Part shown: one piece after another, positions 1 to 10,926 of the stretch
Position numbering within the stretch: the first letter of the stretch is position 1
Layout of the letters: each line of letters starts with the position of its first letter
Assembly (NCBI GenBank): GCA_977017645.1
Contig: OZ360239.1
Location: 29,202,001-29,266,000, forward strand
Source: Torpedo marmorata
Lineage: Eukaryota
Length of the DNA stretch: 64,000 nucleotides
Reading direction: 5' to 3'
Program-made: the position numbers and the translations under genes
Notes under the pieces: model-generated
What the model was told of the DNA's origin: nothing
The model's database searches: none
The model's input: only the letters and a program-made list of their open reading frames with translations

Positions 1-54
1 TTGCACTGTCTTTTTTTGTTATATAAACGGTTTATTCTTAAAGCAGGTGGATAA

Positions 55-310
55 AATTTAGATTTAGACATATACAGCACGGTAACAGGCCATTTCAGCC
101 CATGAGTCCGTGCCGCCCAATTTACACCCGATTAACCTACACCCCTGGTACGTTTTGAACGGTGGGAGGAAACCGGAGCCCCCGGGGAAAACCCACGCAG
201 ACATGGGGAGAACTTAAACTCCTCACCGACAGCGCGGGATTCGAACCCTGGTCCCAATCGCTGGCGCTGTAAAGGTGTTGCGCTGACCGCTATGCCAACT
301 GTGCCGCCCC
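55..310 (-). mobile_element. tRNA-derived V-SINE (HE1-like)
   Basis: The reverse strand shows a tRNA-like head with B box GGTTCGAATCCC, the V-domain TTCTCCCCATGTCTGCGTGGGTTTTCCCCGGGGGCTCCGGTTTCCTCCCAC and a CR1-derived tail. Confidence 0.9.
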
Positions 311-343
311 AAGTTAGGCATTATAAGAGTGTATCTCAAGCAA

Positions 344-405
344 CCATAAAAATCGCATATCCGGCATCTGCAATCCCCGTAGGTGCCGGTACTGGGATTT
401 TACGG
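344..405. mobile_element. Miniature Tigger/pogo-type MITE (~62 bp)
   Basis: Ends CCATAAAAATC...GGGATTTTACGG|TA; similar to the ends of the elements at 22886 and 23906. Confidence 0.5.
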
Positions 406-879
406 TATTCACTTTCAGAAGCCAAGCTCCAAGTCACCAAAGCATAAATCAGAACAGGCCTCACCCTTGACTTACAAAAAAAGACCCATCACCAACCTGT
501 ACCTGAACTACAACACAGCCCTCTAACAATAAAAGGTCCACATTAAGACCGTGGAAATGATAGGACCGATTGCCAATCTCTGGATCCACCACTCCGCCAT
601 GGCAAACACTGATGATGAAATTCACCATTTTCTTCAATGCATCACAACAGCCTTTTGCTATCCAAGATCAAAACTTCAGAGCTGGCACAAACTCCGTGAC
701 CAATGGGCAACAGCGATCCCTATTCCCCTGCAAGCTTGTCAGACATGAATGACCTGCAAAGCCCCAGAGACACACCATCAATGCTCTCCCCAAAATCCTC
801 CAAATCTACTGACAAAACAAGATAATGCCATATTCATTTTCCACACCAAAATTTCTCAATACCAAGGCCCTTATTCAAC

Positions 880-1195
880 CTAGAGTAGATAGTCAGAATC
901 TTTTTCTCAGGGTAAAAGTGTCAAATACTGGAGAACAAACGTTTAAGGCGAGGTTGGGAGAGGGAGGGGTTTAATGGAGATAGGCAGGGCAATTTTTAAA
1001 AAAAAATACAGAGCTTGGTGCCTGGAATGGAATGTCAGGAACAGTGGTAGAAACAGATATGATTGTAGCATTTAATAGGTTTCTATGAATATGCAGGGGC
1101 ATAGAGGGATAGGTATCATGTGCAAGCAGTAAAGTTTTAGTTTAATTTGGGCATCATATTCAGCACAGTCATGCATGATGTACTGTTCCATATAC
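880..1195 (+). mobile_element. Degraded CR1 LINE 3' end
   Basis: Similar to the CR1 3' ends at 5870, 41200 and 42345 (…GCCTGGAATG…GTGGTAGA…GCATTTAA…). Confidence 0.7.
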
Positions 1196-1710
1196 TGAGA
1201 GGCAAGCCATGTCAAGCTTTGACTGTCTTGAGCTCTACCAAGGCAGATTATCTGGTGCATTGAGGAAAAGATTCAAGGAAGCATCTTGAAAAAGTGCATC
1301 AACACTGATTTGAGGGGATCTCCAGATACAGGACAGCACATCATGGATAGCTTCCAAACATCCAAGAAAGACAAGTCGCAAAGTATAGCCTATTAACTGC
1401 AATGGAGCATCACCAAGATGCATTCTCTCACTAAACCAGGGTTACAATGGCACATAAAAAGTTACTTACACAATAGGTGAACTTGAATTTCTTCAACAAT
1501 TAAGACTTCTGGATGGTAAAGTGTTGGGGAAAGTGTAACCACATGAATTTAACCAGAAATAGTATTACCTGGAAGAAAAGTGTAAATGAAATTCAGAAAG
1601 TTGCTGTCCTTTGCATCTATTCCTGAAAGCATTGATTCCTTAACAGCATGAGTCAGGGGTCCTGCTGAGATCCTCATCACCATCATTTAAGGCAGGCTTT
1701 ATCCTCCTTG

Positions 1711-2321
1711 GCTCTAAAGGTTGTCATGGCCGAAGGGTGGTAGTGGGGACGAGCTCCCACTGCTACACAAATGCTCTTCATGGCGTGCGTCTCAAACAGC
1801 CTCTGACAACCAAGTCCAACTCCTGGCCTTCACGTGTGGCATAGTTCTTATGCCCGGTGGAGCTGTTCTCACTGACAGGAGAAGGGGCAAAGGCAGGCCA
1901 CTGGCGCCTTGAAATCAGTTGCTCCAGGCAGATGGGGCTCGTTAACCACGGATGGTAACTCGTCCAGGAGAGGGAAAACTCCGATTTCAAACCTCCGCTG
2001 CCTTGTGGCTATACCCGCTCACAGGAAAGGCTTTGGGAGTAAACCCCGAGGAAAAATCCGGAGTCGGAGTCCCGAAGGCAGTTGACTGCTGTACCCAGCA
2101 CCGGCACGGCAACTCCTGAGATGCTGCTGGCTCCGAACTCTATTGACTTTCGTCGTTCCTTTGGACCTGTCATTAGCATAGAGGGGGGTCCCACTGCATG
2201 GGCAACCGACGGATTTCCATATCAACTCTGCCCTGGCCTGCGCCCTGGGGAGGCTACTCCAGCTACTACCAGAGGCGCAGTACCCATGGTCGACCATGAC
2301 CGACGGAGGCCACACCACACA
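1711..2321 (+). mobile_element. Non-autonomous bipartite RTE-clade retroposon with an 11-bp TSD
   Basis: TSD TATCCTCCTTG at 1700-1710 and 2322-2332; RTE-like 5'UTR motif GGAGAGGGAAAACTCCGATTTCAAACC; RTE-like 3' terminus GGCGCAGTACCCATGGTCGACCATGACCGACGGAGGCC plus a (CAC)n tail; no RT ORF. Confidence 0.75.
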
Positions 2322-3944
2322 TATCCTCCTTGAAATGTTCTCCAGTGACTGGAATGATGTCTGCAAAGGCGGGTGGTTGCAGCAGTCATAGATCAGTCTC
2401 AAGCCTAAGACACTGCTCCACTTGTTCCTCAGTTCACTCTACAGTTGCCGCTTCAAAGAATTTTCTTCCACACACCCGATGCTGAAGGCCTGCTATCAGT
2501 AATTCCTCCAACAATGTCGCAGTCTCCACTTGTATCCAGCAAGACCATCTAAGTTTTGGCTCCAGCAAAAAACACTTCTTCATTTTCAACGTCATTACCT
2601 TTGTCAAGACCCAAGATCAACGTCCACCAAGGTCTTCTCGCTATCTATTAAGTACAAGTCACAGGGGTGTGACAAAAAGGTGCCAGTTGCTTGAAATGAA
2701 TTCAGCTGCGTTAAAATGCAAGATGTTCCATCAGTTCTGAATAATTGGTACCAGATATGGACTTCTACACCCAAATCTATTTTTAGACAAAAGCCAAAGC
2801 TCAACATGAAAATCACCCTCTTCAAGTTTCAACTAACTTTTCCCGTCTGACCCAAAATATTAACTCTATTTCACTTTCCTGAAATGCTGCTGAACTTGTT
2901 GAGTGCTTCCAGATTGTTCTGTATTTATTAATAGATTGAACATGGCCACTTTATAGTTAAAATTCAACAATGGCAATTCAAAAAAGAGCCTACAGTCTTT
3001 GCCTTTTAGCTATTCTGCTAGTTTGGCCAGCAGAAGAAACATTTGCTTGGAACAAAATCAGGCCTTGTAATAAACGTCCTAACGCCATCCATTAGTGCAG
3101 ATTTATATCACAGCATTGAGGAAAAGATCCACTGGTGATCTAAGTAAGGCAACTGCTTCACCCCAAATCCTGGAACTACCCAAATTCTGCATGCCAGGTC
3201 CAGCTCTCCTTATCTATCATCTGATAAAGTCATCAGTGTAAATGGAGATGCTGATCAATTATTTCACAACACAAGAACATTACAACAAGAAATTAAAGGA
3301 AACAACATTGCATGTCAAGCAGTGTGCTTCAGGGATTGCAATTATAAACAGCATGCCACACCTTCACATATGACACCAACTAATGCTGTGGTATGCTGAT
3401 ATGATTGGACAAAGGGTAATACATTGTACAAGTACTGACATAAATATTAACCAAGTCGAGGTACATTTTAGCCCAATTCCTGCAGACTGCCGATTTGTCA
3501 TTAAACTCTCCAAACTACAGCTCCTGTTGAATACCTCTGTACAGATACCCTTCATTCAAATAATCTTCTATGCAAAAAATAATCCTCTACTGGAAAATGG
3601 AAGTTTTCTTAAAGTTTTTTTTTAAAAATGTTCAAGCTGTACAGATACAGCATTATTACAGCGTCTATAAATATGAGTTAAGCTCCATTCTTTGCACTGC
3701 ATTCCATCTGCATTTGTTGAAGAACTAGCCACCCATTCAGAGAGGTGCAAGAAATGTTGGGAGGCACACATGAGCAGACTTCAACTCTGATGTCGTTTAG
3801 ATTGATCCACTGTGAGATTCAATGCACTCCCAGGAATGCTGAAAACTATCTTTAAAAAAAAAACAGATGCTGTTTCAAACCTGAAAGTTCTGCATCAAAA
3901 CAGAAGAACAACAAATTCTTGCACCCTTGTGCGCCTCTTCTTAG

Positions 3945-4500
3945 AATCAAAATTTATTGTCATGAACACGTCACAAAATTCATTGTTTTGCTGCATCACA
4001 GTGCAAACATGTATATAAACCACCTTACAAAATAAATAAAAAATAGTGCAAGAAAAAGAAAAAGTCAAAGTAAGGCAGTGTTCATTGTTCATTCAGGAAT
4101 CTGATGGCAGAAAGGAAGAAGCTGTCGTTGTGTCACTGAGGGCTCGTCTTCAGGCTCCTGTCCCTTTTTCCTGATGGTAGCAGAGTGAAGAGGGCAATGG
4201 ACTGGGTGGTGGGGGTCCTTGAGGATAGAGGCTGCTTTCTTCAGACACCGCCTCTTGTAGATGTCCTCAATAGAGCGAAAACTAGTGCCCGTGATAGCGC
4301 AGGCCATTAACAACCTGCTTGAGTTTTTTCTTGTCTTGAGCGTTGGCAACTCCATACCAGACAGTGATGCAACCAGCCAGAATGCTCTCCACGGTACACC
4401 TGTAGAAGTATTCAAGAGTCTTCAGTGACATACCGAATCTCAAACTCCTCACAAAGTATAACCGCTGGCGAGCCTTCCTCGTGATGATACTTTTGGTGTA
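3945..4500 (-). mobile_element. Rex1/Babar-type LINE 3' fragment (frameshifted)
   Basis: Peptides ITRKARQRLYFVRSL…YRCTVESILAGCITVWYG and RCLKKAASILKDPHHP in different frames; near-identical to 13455-14310. Confidence 0.85.
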
Positions 4501-4949
4501 CTGACCCTCGAGGTTACTTTCTTGAGCTGGTACCAACCAAAGTGGAAATACCATGCAACATTAATTCATATGAACACACCTTAGCTCAAGGTAGCAACCA
4601 CAAGCTGAAACAGCTGGAATAAACAGAAGGCCCATGTCAAATACAAATGGGTAGTATTTTTAAAGGAGAAATTATCCTGAAATAGCAGCTAACTAAAGTA
4701 ACAGTTGACAATTTGTAATCACTACTATAAAAGTAATTAACTACTGCTTATCGGCCTTGGGTCAGTTGTGCCAACTGAAGTGAACCGATGATTCATCCTT
4801 GCAATACGACCACACCCCAAGTTCAGCTGGACTACCATTGAGAAACACCAAAGAACAACAACACAAATGACATGACAATTTCATGGCTGAGATCGAATCC
4901 AATAGCTGATGTAATAAAGTTTTAGCAAAATTGCACTTAAGTACCTGAA

Positions 4950-6350
4950 ACCACCTCCACTACACATCAACAACTCTGTAGTGGAGAACGCCAGGTTCCT
5001 TGCAGTTCACTTAACTAGTGATCTATCATGGACACTCAACATCTCCTCACTTGTCAGGAAGGCGCAACAGCGACTGCCCTTCCTGAGAAGACTGAAGCGG
5101 GCAAGGCTACCAGCCGCCAGCTTGTCAACCTTCTACAGGAGCTCTATCGAGAGCGACTTGGCCGGCTGCATCACAGTGTGGTATGGTTGCTGCAGAGAAA
5201 TGGATCGAAGATCAATCCACAGGACCATAAGAGTGGCAGAATGACTGGAGTCTCCCCCTACGCCTCTCCCCCCACCCCCCCCCCCACCCCGCATTAACAT
5301 GATCTACTAGAATCGTTGTCTGAAGAGGGAAGGGTGCGCAAAATCATTGAGGACCCCTTCCACCCCGCACACAGCATCTTTCAGCTGCTTCCATCAGGAA
5401 AAGAGATACAGGAGTATCAGAGCCAGCACCACCAGGCTGAGAAACAGCTTCTTCCTGTGGGGAGCAAGAATGCCGAACGACCAAAGGAACTGCTTACACG
5501 AACCATCCGAGACTCTCATATTGGAGATTGGATGCTGCTTGCCTACGAGTCGAAGCATACAAACAAAATGTTTACCGTATTACAGTATAAGTAGGGAAAG
5601 TTCACATTAAAATAACGATTGAAAGTACAGTGCATACATAAGCCAGTAACATAGGCGTAATTATGACTATCAAGACATATGTATTATAGGTTATACAGTA
5701 TATGTACTGTACCATTATACGCCTGGCAGCGCAATCGCTTTGTATACAAGAGATATGAGATACACGTGTTGCGTGCGGGAAGCTGTTGCCTTCGCTACGT
5801 CCAGTTACGTCCCGTTCTCTGATCGGGATTTCTGAACTCTATTATAACCTTATCGGACCGCGGAGTAGGAGAGATTGAAACAAGAGGACATGAGTTAAGA
5901 GTTAAGGGGCAGAGGTTTAGAAGTAACATGAGGGGGAACTTCTTTACTCAGAGAGTGGTAGCGGTGTGGAATGAGCTTCCGGGAGAAGTAGTGGCGGCAG
6001 AGTCAATTTTATTATTTAAGGACAAGTTGGACAGGTATATGGATGAGAAGGAAGTGGAGGGTTATGGGCGGGGTGCAGGTAGGTGGGACTAGAGAGGAGT
6101 GTTTGGTTCGGTGCGGACTAGAAGGGCCAAATGGCCTGTTTCCATGCTGTAATTGTTATGTTATGTTATATATGCGGTCGGACGTTGCCTGAACGGACGT
6201 TATGTGGTGCACGACTGTACTTGTCCTGCATATGTATTGTTTGTCTGTATGTGTTATGTCTGGTTATGTGTCTGCGTGTTTTGCACCGAGGACCGGAGAA
6301 CATTGTTTCATCAGGTTGTACTTGTGCAATCAGATAACAATAAACTTGAC
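4950..6350 (+). mobile_element. Rex1/Babar LINE 3' fragment interrupted by a nested insertion that includes a CR1 3' end (5870-6170)
   Basis: RKAQQRLPFLRRLKRA…FYRSSIES and IIEDPFHPAHSIFQLLPSG peptides. The 3'UTR resumes at about 6215 and ends AATAAACTTGAC. A CR1 tail (GTTAT)n lies at about 6154-6170. Confidence 0.8.
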
Positions 6351-6479
6351 ACGTGCTTATCTTGCAGGTGGGGAGTGGTGGGAAAAGTAAGGTAAGTATT
6401 TTGCATGTGATCTATGCAACAATGTTTATTAATGCAACCATACATGGCCAAAAAACTTTCCCAAAATAATGAACATCAG

Positions 6480-6790
6480 AATCTTTTCTCCAGGGCATAA
6501 ATGTTAAATGCTAGAGGGCATACATTTAAAGAGAGACGGGGGAAAGAAAGAGTTTAAAGGAGATGTGCAGATGAGTTTTTTTTTTCTCACCTGTGCAGTG
6601 ATAGGTGCCTTGAACACGCAGCTAGGAGTAGAGATGGAATCACATAAAATAGCAGATACATGAATATGTGGGGAGTGAAGGGATATGGATCGTGTGCAGG
6701 CAAAAGAAATTTAGTTTAATTGATCATCATGTTCAGTGAAGACGTTGAGGGCTGATGGTTCTGGTCCTGTGTTGCAGTTGTGTTCTATAA
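6480..6790 (+). mobile_element. Degraded CR1 LINE 3' end
   Basis: Same motif order as the other CR1 3' ends (CTAGAGGGCAT…TTTAA…GGATATGGA…GGGCTGA…TGTTCTAT). Confidence 0.7.
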
Positions 6791-8082
6791 TTCATTTTCA
6801 ATAATAATTTAACAATCAAAATTTCAATGCTAATCAAGCAGCTTCTAAACAACTTTTTGAATTCCAGTCACAATTCGAGAATACTGGCTCATGCAAGTCG
6901 TACTTATAGCCCTTGACTTTTGAAACTCCACATGTGAAAAGTATAATAAAGTTGGTTAGAATTTAAAACGTCATTTTACAATGTAATCATCCTGACTAAC
7001 CAAAGGTTCAGTTGGATAAAGTTAATTCTCTTTGGGTAAGAATGTGAACTCAAGACCAGCTCAGGTCAGTTCCCAATCAGGTTTAATTGTTGAACTTTAT
7101 CCTTCCCGTATCCAGATAGTAAAAGACTGCCTGACATGTAAACTAAATTTAGTATTGGGGAATCAATTCTATTGAACTAGCACTGCTGACTGAAGAACCA
7201 GGAGCAGTAGTTATCACTTTTACAGTTGCTAGTCATGACTCCATGCAATCTGTAGATAATGCAACCTTCCCAATAAAAAAGCTAAATCGCATGAAGAGCC
7301 ACACCCTTTGCAAAGCCCAAATACAGGTGAAGTACATTTGATATTCAACTCGCGCTGTACTTTTTCATTTTCAAAAGGCTGCTCTCAGAGATCATCTTTG
7401 TCAGTGACACTCCCACCCTAATAAATTTAAGCAGCATTTCTTTCAGTCCAGAGTTTATCATAGTGTCATTCACTGTAACTTCAAGTTGCCTTTTATTATT
7501 TGGATCTGTGTAAAAATTCAGTCAAAAGAGAAACAAAGTGCCTCTGTACCAATTACAAGGAAACCAGCAAATGATTTGGATGCACAACTTCTTTGGAAGC
7601 TGTGCCCACAACAGAAAACTGACCACAATTCCACACGGAAAAGTCCAAAAGGTTGGCTGAAGCGAAGAGCAGAAGCAACCCTTCGCTGATGTTGTGGGGT
7701 TCCAAGGTTGGAAGGAGGCAATTCGTTGGAACAGAGTGTAAGTTATCGCTGACCACAGGGGGCCAGAAAGCCAACAGAGGCTGCCAGCAATCAGTGCCAA
7801 AGGTTTCAAGTTTTCCCTAATCACGCTCTAAACTTAACCTGCCATAAACAAAGCACCCAAAAAGGAGCAGATACAGAATGAAACACTACAAAACTTAAAG
7901 ATGCTGCCAATCTAATTCTACGTTATTATCAGAACTTGGTGTATAGTTGGATAAGCCACAAATTTGTTGGCATGGTACAGGACATCAAATCTCGCTTTCT
8001 TCTATTCATTTCAATTTCTTGTTTTAAACTGCCAGATCATGTGAATAAAGGTTCTGGTGGTTTCCTCCACTCATCACCACTT

Positions 8083-8325
8083 GCGGCATTGTTGGCGTAA
8101 CATCATTGCAGCGCCAGCGACCCGGGTTCGAATCCGGCACTGTCCATAAGGAGTTTCTACTTTCTCCCCGTGTCTGCGTGCGTTTCCTCTGGGTGCTCTG
8201 GCTCCCTCCCACCCTCCAAAAACATTCGGGGTTGTTAGGTTAATTGGTCACACGGGTGCAATTGGGCGATGCAGGCTTGTGGGCTGGAAGGGCCTGTTAT
8301 CGTGCTGTATCCCTAAATTTAAAAA
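8083..8325 (+). mobile_element. V-SINE (HE1-like)
   Basis: B box GGTTCGAATCC; V-domain TTCTCCCCGTGTCTGCGTG; CR1-like tail. Confidence 0.9.
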
Positions 8326-8524
8326 CAAAAATAAATTTTAAAAACTCAAATCATTGAACAAAGAATTCAGATGTTATTTGCCATAAATGCTAATGCTTTA
8401 ACTACGTTTTGACACAATAGGTTTTTAAAATCGATCATTGCGACATTGTTCCAAACTCTAAGCACAAGCAGGGTTTCTGCTCAAGTTGCAGTGGATACAA
8501 GTTGGAGAAAGTCTCAGTATGCAT

Positions 8525-9120
8525 GTCAAGTCACCTTTATTTGTCGTTCATACCATAACTACTAATGCAATACACAGTAAAGACGAGATAGCGTTTCTCC
8601 AGGACCATGGAGCAAATTTACATAAGTATAAGTTAAATATTAAGTCATGATACAATAAAAAATCTATGATATGCTAATACACATATATTTCTAAAAATTG
8701 AGGAGCCTGATGGCTTGGGGGAAAAAACTGTTGCACAATCCGGACGTGTGGGCCTGAATGTTACGATACCTCCTTCCAGGTGGCAGAAGGGAGAAAAGTT
8801 TACAAGAGGGGTCCTTCACAATGTTATTTGCCTTCCACATGCATCGTTTGTTGTAGATGACCGTCATGATAGGAAGAGAGACCCCAATAATTTTCTCCGC
8901 TGACCCCATTATCCTCTGCAGGGTCTTACGGTCTGAGATGGTACAGTTTCCAAACCAAGCGGTGATGCAATTGCTCAGAATACTCTCAATACATCCTCTG
9001 TAGAATGTAGTAAGGATGGAGAGTGGGAGATGAACTTTCCTCAGCCTTCGCAGGAAGTAGAGGCGCTGCTGGGCTTTCTTGGCTATGGAGCTGGTGTTGA
9101 GGGACCAGGTGAGATTCTGA
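8525..9120 (-). mobile_element. Rex1/Babar-type LINE 3' fragment
   Basis: ORF 8691-9155: [22 protein letters not shown]…[10 protein letters not shown]…SFFPQAIRLLN, followed by a 3'UTR ending AATAAAGGTGACTTGAC. Confidence 0.85.
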
Positions 9121-9667
9121 TGACACAGGGAATGGCTGTGCACCCTCCATCCCATGCTTTTCTGTCATCTGATTTACACAAGGTTTTTCAGGTTGATGCA
9201 GACAACACCTGAACTACACTGTTCCTCCTCTGGGGAAAGAAGTCAGCCAAGTCAAAGCTCCATTCATTAGTGACAAGGTACCAACAAGAACAGACATGAT
9301 CGGCACTGTGGTCCAAAACAAATATGCATGAAAACAATGTTGTCTGAACTTTCTTGCACAATTCTCACCTTACCCACCCACCATCAACATCCCAATGGCC
9401 CCCTCCACTCAAGATGAGTAATTTGAGCATGTAAGAAAATCAGGACAAAGAATGAAATGTTAGAGTGAACAAATGAAAATAAAAATGCATACAGTCCAAC
9501 CAGATTGCAAGTGCTGCACTGTCAGGCAGGATAACACAGCTGGCACAAGCTGCCCTACGTAACACGTTCAGACTTCTTTGGAATTTCTATTTGCATTTAT
9601 GTTCAGGGCGAGATAAGGAGGCGGCAAGGGGAGCAGTGTGGGGGATGTAGGGGCCATGAGGTACCAG

Positions 9668-10462
9668 AAGATTCAAGATTCAATTTATTGTCATAGTAAT
9701 AAGACAGTGTCATATTCCATGAAATTTCTTTTTACCTGCTGCAAGGCAGATTCGCCACCAGCAGAAATTGCCTAAGCGCCTCTAACATTCCTTACAGTCA
9801 GAGAAAGAGAAGCAAAAGAGAGTCCCCCCAGAGTCACCGAGTGTCCGTAGATTCGCCTCCAGCGCTTCCGCAGCCACACAGAGTCCTTTCTAAACCATCG
9901 GCACCCCGAGCTCCAGATCAGAACCTCTGACACGGTCAGGTCGCCCTCGGCGCCCCCTCGCATCCCGGTTCCGATACCTGGTACTCCTCTCAAGCCAGTT
10001 CGAGCCAGCCTCCAGCAGTCCGCAGCCCGGCATGAGTTCCCCGACAGCAATCTCCAGCAGCCCACAGCCTCCGCGGGTTCCTCGCCTCGAGTCGCCTGCA
10101 GCCCGCCGCATGCACTGGTCCTTCAGCCTCAGATCCCCTCATCGGTCCGCCGCCGTGGTCACCGTCCCGTGGGTCGTCTCCTCCGCTTCTCCTTCTCAGA
10201 CGGGGGTGATCTTCCCGTCCTCTGGTGCCCTGCTCCAGTCCTCCGCTTCCCCGGAATCTGCAGCCCCTCGTGGCTGCTGCAGGTTAAAAGGCGCTGCCAT
10301 CTTGGGCGCAGACGCCGCGGTCGCGGGATCTTAAATAAAACCACCGTCGGCTCCTTTAACGGGCCGTTCAAAGCCCGTGCGGAACCGACGGCAGTCGACT
10401 GGGCGTCTGGACCCTGCGGGAGCGCTGTATCTCCGCTCCCACGCTCCCCGCGGGTCCGCACC
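9668..10462 (-). mobile_element. GC-rich non-autonomous retroposon, copy 1 (5'-truncated)
   Basis: Highly similar to 46622-47440; the minus-strand 3' end is AATAAATTGAATCTTGAATCTT, a LINE-type tail. Confidence 0.8.
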
Positions 10463-10660
10463 AAGACGCAAGGAAAGCAAATTAGGCTAAACCAAGGCAT
10501 CAGCAAGAGCCGCAATAGATAACTTGGGGCTGGAGGTCGTTCAGAACATGCCACTCACTGGAAGTAAACAAGAAATCTGCAAATGCCGGGGCATCGTCTC
10601 ATATTCAAAACTGCTGGAGAAACACAGCCGGTCATGCAGCATCCACAGAGAGCAAAAGGC

Positions 10661-10700
10661 AGTCGACATTTCGGGCCTAAGCCCTTCTTCAGGAAGATGC
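10661..10700 (-). ncRNA. Minimal hammerhead ribozyme core of the Penelope pLTR
   Basis: Minus strand reads CUGAAGA-A-GGGC-UUAG-GCCC-GAAA-UGUC-GACU. Confidence 0.6.
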
Positions 10701-10926
10701 CCGAATAAGATAATGAGGGGAGGAAGAGGAAGGAACGTGGGCGTACAGGTAATAGATGGATGCAGGTGGGAGAGCGAAGAGAAAGAAGCTCAGTTGATTG
10801 GGGGGGGGGGGTGCAGAGGGCTAAGAAAGATAGCTCTCTGTTAGAAGGAAGAAAAGGGAGACAGAGGGATGAGGGAAAGAGATTCGACCAGAGAAGGGGG
10901 TTAACAGAAATTGGAGGTTGATATAA

